In this document: piece by piece, positions 44,510 through 53,782 of the stretch | Layout: every line of letters begins with the position of its first letter | Numbering within the stretch: position 1 is the stretch's first letter | Virus record (IMG/VR): IMGVR_UViG_3300003888_000070 | Span: 1 to 56,527 of that record | Strand: one strand, 5' to 3' | DNA: 56,527 nucleotides | Source: a virus | Taxonomy: Duplodnaviria; Caudoviricetes | Program-made: the position numbers and the translations under genes | Notes under the pieces: generated by a model | The model's input: the letters and a program-made list of their open reading frames with translations, nothing else | Databases searched by the model: none | What the model was told of the DNA's origin: nothing

Positions 44510-44758
44510 TCAGGCCCCCTTCCCCGACCAATGCGTGAAACCAAGGACCAGCAATGCGATCACCCCCGTCACCAAAATGGTGACAATGGCGGTGATGCCG
44601 GCCTTCTTGACCTGACCATAGGTGCAGCAAAAATCTTCGATGAATTGATGGTGTTTCAGATGGGTGGGGCCATCGACAATGTTCGCGGCCTTTAGAGCAT
44701 CGGCAACGGCCTCGCCGGCCGCCTCGCGGACCCACGCCTGAATCTCGTCCTTGGTCAT
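44510..44758 (-). CDS. Small protein with C-terminal transmembrane helix
   Basis: GITAIVTILVTGVIALLVLGF; ATGA-coupled to the patatin gene. Confidence 0.6.
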   Translation of the reverse strand: MTKDEIQAWVREAAGEAVADALKAANIVDGPTHLKHHQFIEDFCCTYGQVKKAGITAIVTILVTGVIALLVLGFTHWSGKGA

Positions 44759-45663
44759 GCTGCCGCCCCCACCAGGGCCAGCGCCCGGGCGGCCTCGGGG
44801 CTTTCCGCCAGCCGCTTGGCCGCGAGCTTCAGCACGGCCAGGGAATTGGCGTCCGTGGCGTCCATGTCCACGACGCCGGGGAGCTCGGCCTGGAGCCGGA
44901 CATACCGATCGACCAAGCTGCCCGCGCAGTCCTGGTGCACCAATTCGGACTGGCCGGAGAACATGACGTCCAGCAGATGCGGCGCCCACTGCGCCAGCCC
45001 GTAAGAACAAGCCGCTTCGAGCAGGATGGGCTTTTCGCATCGGCCAGTGCCCAGAGAAATCAGGGCATAATCGTCCAGGCGGAAATCCATCTCCAGGGCG
45101 GCCAGCAAAGCCAACCGCGCCGGATTGTTGGCCACTACGCCTCCATCAATGCACGGCGTCACCCGTCCGGACAGGCTGGTGATGGCGAACGGCTCGAAAA
45201 ACGTCGGCGCGGCCGAAGTCGCCCGGCCCACGTCAGCCAGCCGGTAATCATCTTCGTCGCTCCAGGATGTGAAAATAACCGGCTCCCGGGCCTCGATGTC
45301 GTAGGCAACAGCCATGGCCCGGGTCTCCACCGAGGACAGCAGACGATCCCCGAACACATCGGCCAGAGCCACTTCCAACTCCCCGGCATCATAGAGTTCG
45401 TCGGCAAGACCGCCCAAAGACTTAAAGCGTTTCTTTAAGGATCGGCTAAAGATGGCTGGGCCTCGTTCCAGGTAAAAATCGGCCATCCTGGCGGCCGGAA
45501 TGCCGGCGGCAATGCCCAAGGCAATAATGCCGCCGGTTGAGGTTCCCGCGATGAGGTCGAAATGCTTGGCAACGGACTGCCCGGTCCTGGCTTCGAACGC
45601 GGCCAGCAGCAGAGCTGCAAGGAGCCCCTTCATGCCGCCGCCGTCGATGGAGAGGATCTTCAC
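44755..45663 (-). CDS. Patatin-like phospholipase
   Basis: DGGGMKG, GTSTG nucleophile, SAAP and DGG motifs; GTG start inferred. Confidence 0.9.
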   Translation of the reverse strand: MKILSIDGGGMKGLLAALLLAAFEARTGQSVAKHFDLIAGTSTGGIIALGIAAGIPAARMADFYLERGPAIFSRSLKKRFKSLGGLADELYDAGELEVALADVFGDRLLSSVETRAMAVAYDIEAREPVIFTSWSDEDDYRLADVGRATSAAPTFFEPFAITSLSGRVTPCIDGGVVANNPARLALLAALEMDFRLDDYALISLGTGRCEKPILLEAACSYGLAQWAPHLLDVMFSGQSELVHQDCAGSLVDRYVRLQAELPGVVDMDATDANSLAVLKLAAKRLAESPEAARALALVGAAA

Positions 45664-45664
45664 G

Positions 45665-45922
45665 TCACAACCCCTTCGCTTTGAGGGCGGCCACGGCCAC
45701 GGCGGAACCGGCCTTGGCCAGATAGGCCAGCCACTGTTTCCAGCCGTCCACCTGGGCCTGGGTCTTGGCGTCGGCCGGGACAGCGGGCAACGCTTCCAGC
45801 GCCGCGACAACGTTGGACGCTTGGTTTTCAACGGAATCAGCGGACACAGGCGCCATACCGGCGCAACCAACCAAGGAGACAATCAGCAAAACGATCAGAA
45901 CGAGAGGCGCGAAACGCTTCAT
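45665..45922 (-). CDS. Lipoprotein (possible spanin component)
   Basis: MKRFAPLVLIVLLIVSLVGC lipobox. Confidence 0.7.
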   Translation of the reverse strand: MKRFAPLVLIVLLIVSLVGCAGMAPVSADSVENQASNVVAALEALPAVPADAKTQAQVDGWKQWLAYLAKAGSAVAVAALKAKGL

Positions 45923-46242
45923 GGCGTGGCTCCTTGTTCCGGGGCCTTGGCCTCGGGTTTGGGTTCGAGGCATTCGACCGCCTGCCGCAAAACCGTCGCA
46001 ACCAAAGGCCCCTTGGCCGTTCCCCGGCCGTAGAGCAGCAACCCGTAAAGAGCTGTGGCCAACGCAGCCAGGAGGCCTGACATATTGAGGGGAACCGAAT
46101 AGATTGTGCCGTCGATGGCGATGCCGAAGGTATGCGCTCCGCCGGAAGCGACGATGTTCCACAGGGACAGCAGGTACAGCCCCGTGCCGCCGTACTGCGT
46201 CTTGGATTTGGCGTAGGCCGCCAGCAATTCCTTAGCGGCCAT
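45919..46242 (-). CDS. Putative holin
   Basis: Two hydrophobic segments; located in the lysis cassette. Confidence 0.55.
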   Translation of the reverse strand: MAAKELLAAYAKSKTQYGGTGLYLLSLWNIVASGGAHTFGIAIDGTIYSVPLNMSGLLAALATALYGLLLYGRGTAKGPLVATVLRQAVECLEPKPEAKAPEQGATP

Positions 46243-46762
46243 GGCCTACCTCCACGCCCGCGCCCATGGTCCAGACGTCGATGGGCAGATTGCCGACTGC
46301 GATGGTGAATCGGAGTTTGTCCAGATACCGTAGGTCTGCGGACCGCTCCAGGATCAGGACGATCCCGGCCCGCTTGCCCGTGGCGCCGGCGTAGGCCAAG
46401 GACTGGCCCACGGCCTCGGCCCACTTGCTGGCGAAATCGAACTCGACGGCATGACTGGCCGTCTCGCAATCCACCCGCAGCCCGTCGCGCGGCCGCGTCT
46501 CCAGCTCCCCGCCGGCCTCGGTGCACCAGATGCCCTGGTAGTATTTTTCCAGATGGTCATGCCCAGCCCGGGCCGACTGGCAGGAGAACAGCACCAGCGC
46601 CGCGACCAGGGCGACGAGCGCCACGCGCGGCCGGGTGTAGACCCACTCCCAGACCACGCAGGCGCGCCGGGCGGCGCACCCGGGCAACCCCAGATCCTGG
46701 AGCCGGCAGAACACATGTAGAGGATTGCAGCGATGGCGCAGCGATTCGAGCAGGTTAGGCAC
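46232..46762 (-). CDS. Membrane-anchored/exported protein with PD-(D/E)xK-like domain
   Basis: Hydrophobic segment, then RVDC...VEFDF..KWAEAVGQSLAY; start uncertain. Confidence 0.55.
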   Translation of the reverse strand: MPNLLESLRHRCNPLHVFCRLQDLGLPGCAARRACVVWEWVYTRPRVALVALVAALVLFSCQSARAGHDHLEKYYQGIWCTEAGGELETRPRDGLRVDCETASHAVEFDFASKWAEAVGQSLAYAGATGKRAGIVLILERSADLRYLDKLRFTIAVGNLPIDVWTMGAGVEVGHGR

Positions 46763-47312
46763 GGGGAAGCCCTCCATCAATGAGAGCGGCAATTTTGAGC
46801 GGATACCGGGGATTGGTGTTGTGCGTGGCCGCGTACGGGCCGCCGTTGTAGGCGCGAAGCACGCCTTCCCAGCCGAACGTGCCGAGGTAGCTCTTCGCGT
46901 AGGCAGCCAGGTGTTTGCAGCCGATGTCTACGTTGACCACCGGATCATGCAGGGCATTGAGGAACCGTCCCGTGAATCCGCGCTCCCGGGCCACGGCTCC
47001 CATGGGCTGCATCAGGCCCCAGGACGCCTGCTGGCCCCACCACTCGGCGTCCGGGTCCACGCCCGGGTAGGCTTTGAAATCCTTGGGCGGCTCCTTGGCC
47101 GCCAGTTCGGCGGCGGAGACAGGGCGAAACGGCTTGCCCGACCGGACGTCCCAGAACCAGCGATAGCGCGGCTCAGGATTCCAGGCCCAGATGTTGCCGC
47201 CGGATTCGACCTCAATGAGGGGTTGAACGACAAGCGGCGGCAGACCGTACCGGCTGGCCGCTTCGTGCGCGATCTGGAGAATCTGTTCTTCGGTGACGTC
47301 GAAAAAGGACAT
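46755..47312 (-). CDS. Lytic transglycosylase (SLT) endolysin
   Basis: VESGG catalytic Glu, SWGLMQ and AYNGG motifs. Confidence 0.9.
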   Translation of the reverse strand: MSFFDVTEEQILQIAHEAASRYGLPPLVVQPLIEVESGGNIWAWNPEPRYRWFWDVRSGKPFRPVSAAELAAKEPPKDFKAYPGVDPDAEWWGQQASWGLMQPMGAVARERGFTGRFLNALHDPVVNVDIGCKHLAAYAKSYLGTFGWEGVLRAYNGGPYAATHNTNPRYPLKIAALIDGGLPRA

Positions 47313-47435
47313 GGCGGCCTCCTTGATTGGCGGCCGCCATGTCCAGGGTCAGGAGAGGGCGTCGTGCGATGGATAACCTACGGGCGGCAACCGTTTCAGC
47401 AGGCCAAACCGTACCATGGGTTTTTTCGCCACTTT

Positions 47436-47506
47436 ACCGCAGGAACCAAAGAGAGCCAGAAAGATACCGGAAGGAACCAGAGAGAAGCCAAAAAGAACCA
47501 GAAAGG
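47436..47506. repeat. Helically phased degenerate direct repeats (about 10.5-bp period)
   Basis: RCC cores at 47436, 47445, 47455, 47466, 47476, 47487 and 47497 in a purine-rich tract. Confidence 0.75.
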
Positions 47507-47548
47507 GCATGAAGATTTTTCTTGACAATATTTCGTAGCGTAATCCCT

Positions 47549-47749
47549 TCACACTGGTATTGCTAATTTCCCTTTTGAATATGATCGTCGCCATTCCAAT
47601 AGCTCATTCCTATCAGCAATATAAGAAAATCCGTCAAAACGTGCAGGCATTGGAGGGTCTGCTTCCAAATAACGGTAAAACCGTTTACGACCAATGCCCA
47701 ATGCCTTGCAAATTTCTTCCCGGTTACAAAGCAGGCCTTCTTCCGCCAT
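47549..47749 (-). CDS. Xis/AlpA-like winged-HTH protein (66 aa)
   Basis: EEICKALGIGRKRFYRYL HTH, then P..R...ELLEW. Confidence 0.7.
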   Translation of the reverse strand: MAEEGLLCNREEICKALGIGRKRFYRYLEADPPMPARFDGFSYIADRNELLEWRRSYSKGKLAIPV

Positions 47750-47750
47750 T

Positions 47751-48407
47751 TCAATACCCCGCCACAGTATCGGCCGAACCCGACCGGGTTTCCCTGCGTC
47801 CGACGGCCGGCTTGCGCTCATCGCAGTAGGCGATGACCCACAGCAGCGCCGCCACGGCCGGAAAATCCTCGATATGCCGCCGGATGTCCCGGCCGGCGTC
47901 CTCCACCTGGGCGATCAACTCCTGCCTCCCCATGACCAAGGCCGCGCGGCCAACGATCCGGGCCGTCAGGTAGGGAGCCAGGTCGGCATGGAGCTGCCCC
48001 CCGGCCCCCACACCGGGGGCGGACCGCAGGGTGATGCGCGGTCGCCCCTGGCCTGTCAGACGTTCGTTGAACGTCCGCAGCCGTTTGGCGTACGGGTGAA
48101 AGGGGTTGCCCACCCAGGCCGTTATCGCCGAGCGGCCGGCCCACTCCCCAACCAGGGGAGCCGCATCCGCCGCCAGCTCCAGGAGGCGTTCAACGTCCGC
48201 GTGGGTCTCGTAGTCCACCAGCCGCAGCGTGCGGTAGCCGTCCACGGGATCGGCGGCCACGTCCTCGGCCAGGGCAACCACCGCCCCGGGCGTGGTCCCC
48301 TTGGGCCAGCACAGCCCGGCCACCACCCGGGTGAACCGCATTTTGGTCTCCCTGTCCCGAATACGCGTCAGGCCGCTGACTGGTTCGACATAGGCTTCCA
48401 GCTTCAT
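47751..48407 (-). CDS. Hypothetical protein coupled to the terminase gene
   Basis: ATGA overlap with the terL stop; 218 aa. Confidence 0.6.
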   Translation of the reverse strand: MKLEAYVEPVSGLTRIRDRETKMRFTRVVAGLCWPKGTTPGAVVALAEDVAADPVDGYRTLRLVDYETHADVERLLELAADAAPLVGEWAGRSAITAWVGNPFHPYAKRLRTFNERLTGQGRPRITLRSAPGVGAGGQLHADLAPYLTARIVGRAALVMGRQELIAQVEDAGRDIRRHIEDFPAVAALLWVIAYCDERKPAVGRRETRSGSADTVAGY

Positions 48408-49981
48408 TGCAAGTTCATCCCTGCGTAAAAACTGTTGCTGGCAAAATCCGCCGCAATGCCCCAATAGTTCAGCGCATGCCGATAATGATCCGGCCCGAGC
48501 TTGACCCAGGTGTAGGTCCTGCTCCCCGTCTCTTCGTCCTCTTCCAGCTTCTTGGCCGTCGCGGCACAGTGGGAAGCGAACACGTCCACCGGGCCGCAAT
48601 GCCTGGGCAACACCAGCCGCTTTCCGGTCAGGGCTTCATGGGCCGCGTCCATGCTTTCCGTCCGGTTGACCGACACCTGCAATTTTTCCTCGTTCCAGGC
48701 GTAAGCCCCCTTCTGGTGCGGGCTGTACCAGTTGAGAAACACCCGCCCCGGGAACCGCGCTGCAAACTCCCGGGCTTTTCGCGTCTCGGGCATCCCGTCG
48801 ATGACGCACCGCGACACGTTAAACTGCCGCATCAACCCATCCAGCTCCTCGAAATCACGGTACTCGCCAAGGTGGATGATGGTGCCGTCCCTCCGCCCGA
48901 TGACCACATGCAGCCCCTTGCCCTGGTCCACGCCCATGCAGCACGGCCCCGTGTCCGAGGCGGCAATGCCGTGGGAACCGCACAAGGCCAGCACCTCTTC
49001 CTTCGTGATGCGGCAATCCGCCTCGACATACGCCAACCCGAGCTTGTAGTTGTAAAACGCGGACATGCTAAGCGTAGTGCGGTACTGCGACAGGATTTCC
49101 GCCGGGGTCACGTACTGCGAAAAAAGCTGGCTGTACTGGTAGCCGCGCCAGTCCGTCACACCGGGTTTGCGCGCCACCCACTCCCCCCGGGCCGGATGCA
49201 GCACGCCATCGCGACAGCGCATACACCGCAGCACCACTGTCCCGTCCGTCCGCTCCCACAAAAGGTCCGGCACCCCCCGCTCCCGGGGGGAGGCTGCGGC
49301 TTCCCATTCTTCCACCGGATCGGTCCAGCCGCCGCAGGCCGGGCACTTGAGCAGCCAGCGCCGCTGGTCCGTGAGCTGGTACAGGCGGTCAATCCCAAAA
49401 TCCGGCAGGGTCGGGTTGGACAGGAAATGCTCCCACTTGTGGTCCGAGTGGGCCATGCGCTCCCGGGCCACGGCGTCAATTCCGGCCGGAAACAGGTCAA
49501 ACTCGTCGTAGATCACGAAGTCCACCGGGTCCGAGCGCAACCCTTCCGTGGACTTCGTTCCGCGAAACAGCAGGTTTTTGCCCCGCACCTGCTTGACGCC
49601 GATGGAGTCGGTGTTCTGCACCCACTTGCCCAGGGTATCAGCGTTGCGGTCCACCAGCGGCCCGACGCGGGTCCGCGAGAAGTCGCCCGAGCCCTTGGAC
49701 GACGGGAACAGGTACAGGATGCCGACAAAGGGCATGAACAGGGCGCACCAGAACGCCCGCAAAATGGCCCGGGTGGTGTTGCCCATCTGGGCGCACTTCA
49801 TTTCGACTTGGCGGCGATGATCGTCGGAATAGGGCTCCTGCAGACATTCGTGACGGGAGAAAGAGAAGGGGCCCCTATCGAGGACCACCCCTTCCTGACA
49901 GGCCCACCCCCCCACCCCACCGGGGGGGGCCTCCGCCGTCGTCTGGACCACCGACTGCACCTTGGTCAGAAAGTCGGTCAT
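48404..49981 (-). CDS. terL: Terminase large subunit (GpA-like)
   Basis: KCAQMGNT Walker A variant, IYDEFD Walker B, SNPT, CxxC pairs, MGVDQG nuclease, DHYRHA. Confidence 0.88.
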   Translation of the reverse strand: MTDFLTKVQSVVQTTAEAPPGGVGGWACQEGVVLDRGPFSFSRHECLQEPYSDDHRRQVEMKCAQMGNTTRAILRAFWCALFMPFVGILYLFPSSKGSGDFSRTRVGPLVDRNADTLGKWVQNTDSIGVKQVRGKNLLFRGTKSTEGLRSDPVDFVIYDEFDLFPAGIDAVARERMAHSDHKWEHFLSNPTLPDFGIDRLYQLTDQRRWLLKCPACGGWTDPVEEWEAAASPRERGVPDLLWERTDGTVVLRCMRCRDGVLHPARGEWVARKPGVTDWRGYQYSQLFSQYVTPAEILSQYRTTLSMSAFYNYKLGLAYVEADCRITKEEVLALCGSHGIAASDTGPCCMGVDQGKGLHVVIGRRDGTIIHLGEYRDFEELDGLMRQFNVSRCVIDGMPETRKAREFAARFPGRVFLNWYSPHQKGAYAWNEEKLQVSVNRTESMDAAHEALTGKRLVLPRHCGPVDVFASHCAATAKKLEEDEETGSRTYTWVKLGPDHYRHALNYWGIAADFASNSFYAGMNLQ

Positions 49982-50047
49982 GATCGACCGGCTGTCCCGA
50001 CCGCCCGCGATCCCAGCAGTTCGTCGTCCCCCAGCCATAATCCCTCC

Positions 50048-50641
50048 TCACACCAGCTCGTAGGCGTAGACTGACCGGATTTCATCCGGCTGGATGCACA
50101 GATAGTCGAGGGTTTGGCGCTGCGTGGCGTGGTTGAAGATCGTCATCAGCGTCGGGATGTCCACGCCGTAGGTCACGCGCATGTGATAGCCCCAGGTCTT
50201 GCGCAGCGTGTGCGAACCGAAATGGCCGGGCAGGTTGACGGCTTCGCACCAGCCGATAACCATGCGTCGCAGCCAGGACGTCGTCAGGCGGCCCCGTTTG
50301 CCCTGAAAGAGCAAATCCGCATCCTGGTATGACCTGGAGGCCAAAAGGCGCTCCACGGCCTCTCTGACGGCCTTGTTGGCGCTGATCCGCCGCAGCTTGT
50401 GCTCTTTGATCTCCCGGATCACGTCGCCGTCGTCCGGATCGGCCAGAATGGCTCTGACCTCGCCGACGGTCAGGGCCAGCAGATCCGAAGCCCGCAAGGC
50501 GGTGTGGATGCCGACCACGAAGAGCGCATGGTCGCGCGGCCGGCCAGCCAGCAGCCGGGCAATCGTCGCCAGATCCTTTTTGCCCTTGATCGGCCCGACA
50601 GCGATCCGCGATCCCTTGGCGGCGTGGTTGTTGCGCGTCAT
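50048..50641 (-). CDS. Small tyrosine recombinase (catalytic domain only)
   Basis: TALRASDLL (R), HTLRKT (HxxR), NH and TLDY catalytic residues; 197 aa. Confidence 0.88.
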   Translation of the reverse strand: MTRNNHAAKGSRIAVGPIKGKKDLATIARLLAGRPRDHALFVVGIHTALRASDLLALTVGEVRAILADPDDGDVIREIKEHKLRRISANKAVREAVERLLASRSYQDADLLFQGKRGRLTTSWLRRMVIGWCEAVNLPGHFGSHTLRKTWGYHMRVTYGVDIPTLMTIFNHATQRQTLDYLCIQPDEIRSVYAYELV

Positions 50642-50806
50642 GCGCAGCCCGCTTTTTTCGTCGTCTTTCAATGCTTGTTCTTGCATTACACGACTTTGAC
50701 CGAGGACCTGGGAACGGGCCATGCCGGGATTTTGCGGGCAACAGGCTGTATTCATTTGCAATCGCCATTTTCCTTTTCGTCGTCTTTTGTATGAAAGACG
50801 ACGAAT

Positions 50807-51349
50807 CTAATCCGACGCCTTCAGTCCGAAATCGAGGGCATTCTGCGAGGCGTCGAGCGCCAGCAGCTCCTCGACGACCTGCCGGGCCAGATCCGGCGCG
50901 GCACGTTGCAAAACTTCCATGACCTTGGCCTGGAACAGCATGCACCGCTCGATGTCGAACTTGGTGCGCTTGATCGTGTTGTCCAGCTCCAGCTGCTTGC
51001 GCATCTCGGCCAGGATGGCGATGTAGGCCTGCAAACCATTGCCCTTGCGCCCCACGAGTTGCTCCAGTCGCCCTTTGGCCTGCCAATCGCCCGCAAGGGC
51101 CTTCTCGCACAGCTCCGCAAGGGCGGCCGCCTTGTCGGCCAGCAGCGAGAGCTTGGTCAGCGCGTCATGCTGCCGCGACAAAACCTCGGCCTGGATCACC
51201 GGCGGCGTCGCAGCCGCGACGCTTCCCTCGCAGCGTTTCTTGACTTTCGAGACGTAGGCCTCGCAAACGCCATGCTCTATGGCCATATGCTTTTGGGACA
51301 GGCCTGCTTTCTTACCCTCGAGGTAATCCGCATCGGTGAACTTCGCCAT
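50807..51349 (-). CDS. Putative terminase small subunit
   Basis: N-terminal HTH plus helical body, upstream of terL. Confidence 0.5.
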   Translation of the reverse strand: MAKFTDADYLEGKKAGLSQKHMAIEHGVCEAYVSKVKKRCEGSVAAATPPVIQAEVLSRQHDALTKLSLLADKAAALAELCEKALAGDWQAKGRLEQLVGRKGNGLQAYIAILAEMRKQLELDNTIKRTKFDIERCMLFQAKVMEVLQRAAPDLARQVVEELLALDASQNALDFGLKASD

Positions 51350-51444
51350 ATGGTGAACTCTGCTTTCCTCGTTTGCAAACTCTACTACACCGATTTACTG
51401 TACTCAACCCGTAAATATTGACCAGCATTCACCCATTTTTGTAG

Positions 51445-52290
51445 TCAAGGAGGCATTGACTTCACCACTACATTGGAAACTGCATGCTGCACTCGGCTTT
51501 TCTTCTTCAACTCTTCCCAGGCTTCAGCGCTCATCCCTTGCCCTATGCCATCAACGCTGCATTGGGCTTGTGCTTCCAGTTCCTTTGCCGCTTGGTCAAC
51601 GATCTGTCCAAAGTTCTCAAAGAACGCTTTCGGTGAAAGGATTCGTGAGCGCCAAAACGAATCCTGCAGGGCAAACCGGGTTGCCCGCTCGATGTCTTCG
51701 ACGGTTTGCCCATCGTCGAGGAGCCCCTGCAGCATCGCCGGCCATTTGTCCGGACTTTTCGGCCTGGCTTTTGGCCGGCTCTCGGACATGAGGGCGAAAA
51801 TGATTTCTCTCGCTCTCTCCCCATCCGGTGGGTGAGAGAGAGCTAAAGGAGCAGGAGAAGGAGCAGGAGAAGGGGCATTGCTAAACGATGCTTGGGGCAA
51901 TGCTTCGGGCATGCTCGGAGCATTTTTCTCTTTTGTGCCCCATCGCGCCTGTGCTGCCTTCCTCGCCTTTTCTGTACGTTTTTCCGCATGGATAGCGTAG
52001 CCCTGGTGATCTTCCCAATCGTGCAGGGCGTAGACGCCGTCCTTGTCCTGGTCGAGAAAACCGCAGAGATGGAGCGCCGAGACGAATTTTTCCGGCTCAT
52101 CCTCCCATCCAGCCTCGAGTGCGATGTCCGTGGCATCCATTCCATGAAGGATTCCATCAGGATGGTTCATGGCCGTGGAAATCCACAGGTCAAGGAGATA
52201 GTCGGTTGAGTCCGGGCCGAGCATCATTCGCAAGCGTTTCCGCTTTCGGTGACCCTTGAAGGAAACGGCGATTCGAATGTCCGTGTTCAT
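51445..52290 (-). CDS. Phage replication initiator (replisome organiser type)
   Basis: LLDLW...LHDWEDHQ N-domain, low-complexity linker with repeats, FWRSRILSPKAF C-domain. Confidence 0.78.
   Translation of the reverse strand: MNTDIRIAVSFKGHRKRKRLRMMLGPDSTDYLLDLWISTAMNHPDGILHGMDATDIALEAGWEDEPEKFVSALHLCGFLDQDKDGVYALHDWEDHQGYAIHAEKRTEKARKAAQARWGTKEKNAPSMPEALPQASFSNAPSPAPSPAPLALSHPPDGERAREIIFALMSESRPKARPKSPDKWPAMLQGLLDDGQTVEDIERATRFALQDSFWRSRILSPKAFFENFGQIVDQAAKELEAQAQCSVDGIGQGMSAEAWEELKKKSRVQHAVSNVVVKSMPP
51875..51923. repeat. Putative origin iterons inside the initiator gene
   Basis: TGCT-containing units at 11-12 bp spacing ending in ATGCTCGGAGCAT. Confidence 0.6.
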
Positions 52291-52304
52291 ACGAAATTCC
52301 TGGC

Positions 52305-52385
52305 GCATTCATGCGTTAGCATTGCTCAAATCCAAAACGAGCATTGCTTGATTATGCTTGGAGCATAACTTCCCGTAATAGCATC
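52305..52385. promoter_or_regulatory. Second iteron-like cluster upstream of the initiator gene
   Basis: AGCATTGCT at 52318 and 52340; ATGCTTGGAGCAT at 52354-52366. Confidence 0.55.
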
Positions 52386-52420
52386 ATGTTCTGAAAAAGC
52401 CGTCCTCTTGCCGCCATAGC

Positions 52421-53782
52421 CTACAAACGGTCATCCTGCTCAAATCGCACATTTTTTCTATTGAACGCGACCGGCACGTCGCCGGTCATGGAGTTGCGGC
52501 TTTTGGCCACGGTCAACTGCGTGAACTGGACATCCTCGCGCCCCGAACGGTCCCAGGGCTGGATCAGGAGGATGATATCCGCGTCCTGCTCGATGGCTCC
52601 GGACTCCCGGAGGTCGGATTCCACGAGTTTCGGCGACTTTCGCTTGGCCACCTCGCGGTTCACCTGGGCCAGCAGCACAACCGGCACGGCCAGATCCTCG
52701 GCCATCAGCTTGACTGACCGCGAGATCGCCGCGATTTCCTGTTCCCGGTTCTGGTGGTGGCCATCGGGCGGGATGAGCTGGGCATAATCGATAAACACGA
52801 TGTCCAGGCCGCTCTCTTGCCGCCAGCGCCGGCAGGCCGCCCGGATGTCGGACGGTTTGCGCGCCGGCTTGTCATAGATGCGAAGCGGCATCTGCTTCAT
52901 GCGCTGGCAGTGGTCGTAGATCCTGGACCAGTCCTCATCGGAAAATTTGCCGTCCCGGAAGCGTTGGGCCGCCACCCCGGCCCCAGAGGAAAACATGCGG
53001 TTCAGCAACTGGTGCCTGCCCATCTCCAGGGAGAAAATCCCGGTCGGATGCCCAAGCCCGACCGCGTGTTCGGCAAAGGTCAGGGCCAGGGCTGTCTTGC
53101 CGTGGCTTGGCCGGGCCCCGACGACAATCATTTCCCCGGGCATGAACGAGCGTATAAGCCCGTTGAGCTTCCAAAACGGCGTGGAAACGCCGCCTCCGCC
53201 CGACTCTTCGAGCTTCTCCAGGTACGCTGTGTATGGGTCCAGAAATTCATCCGGCGTCTCGCCGTGGGTATCCAGCCGGTCCTTGAGCACCGCATCGGAC
53301 GCCGTCTGGGCAATGGACACAAACTCGGCCGGATCACGCTCCGGATCGTAGGCAATTTCGATGATGCGCCGGCCCATGACCGCCATTGACCGGCGCTTGG
53401 ACATGGCCCGCATGATGCCGGCATGGTGCAGGGTGTTGGCGGCCGAAAGGATGCAGCCGGCCAGTTCGCCCAGATAGGCCGGCCCGCCGGCTTTATCGAG
53501 CTGCCCGGCGGCAGTCAGCGCGGCAGCCAGCGTGATCAGGTCCACCGGCTTGTTTTCGCGCCACAGCGTCCCCATAGCCTCCCAGATCACCTGGTGGCGG
53601 GGATCGTAAAAATCCACACGGCGCAGCTCGATCCCCAGTTTGTCCAGGATCGATGGTTTGATGAGCACCCCGCCAAGCACGGCCTGCTCGGCATCAAGGT
53701 TGTGCGGCGGCACATTGCGCAGCAACATCCCTGTCAGGTCTGCCGGCCCGGATTCAGGGCGCCGGTTTCGTGGCGTGGCCAT
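52421..53782 (-). CDS. dnaB: Replicative DNA helicase DnaB (phage-encoded)
   Basis: PPHNLDAEQAVLG, GARPSHGKT, FSLEM, IDYAQL and DLRESGAIEQDAD motifs. Confidence 0.95.
   Translation of the reverse strand: MATPRNRRPESGPADLTGMLLRNVPPHNLDAEQAVLGGVLIKPSILDKLGIELRRVDFYDPRHQVIWEAMGTLWRENKPVDLITLAAALTAAGQLDKAGGPAYLGELAGCILSAANTLHHAGIMRAMSKRRSMAVMGRRIIEIAYDPERDPAEFVSIAQTASDAVLKDRLDTHGETPDEFLDPYTAYLEKLEESGGGGVSTPFWKLNGLIRSFMPGEMIVVGARPSHGKTALALTFAEHAVGLGHPTGIFSLEMGRHQLLNRMFSSGAGVAAQRFRDGKFSDEDWSRIYDHCQRMKQMPLRIYDKPARKPSDIRAACRRWRQESGLDIVFIDYAQLIPPDGHHQNREQEIAAISRSVKLMAEDLAVPVVLLAQVNREVAKRKSPKLVESDLRESGAIEQDADIILLIQPWDRSGREDVQFTQLTVAKSRNSMTGDVPVAFNRKNVRFEQDDRL

Noticed and set aside
44755-45663. Patatin as part of a CBASS system
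   Set aside because: No CD-NTase or cap genes nearby; embedded in the lysis cassette
47403-47415. GGT-AC GGT-TT GGC on the minus strand as a second period-5 guide
   Set aside because: Only three units, expected by chance, and overlaps a likely promoter element
49782-49792. CCnATnTGnGC in terL as a self-target of the putative guide
   Set aside because: Only four of eight dinucleotides match; chance level
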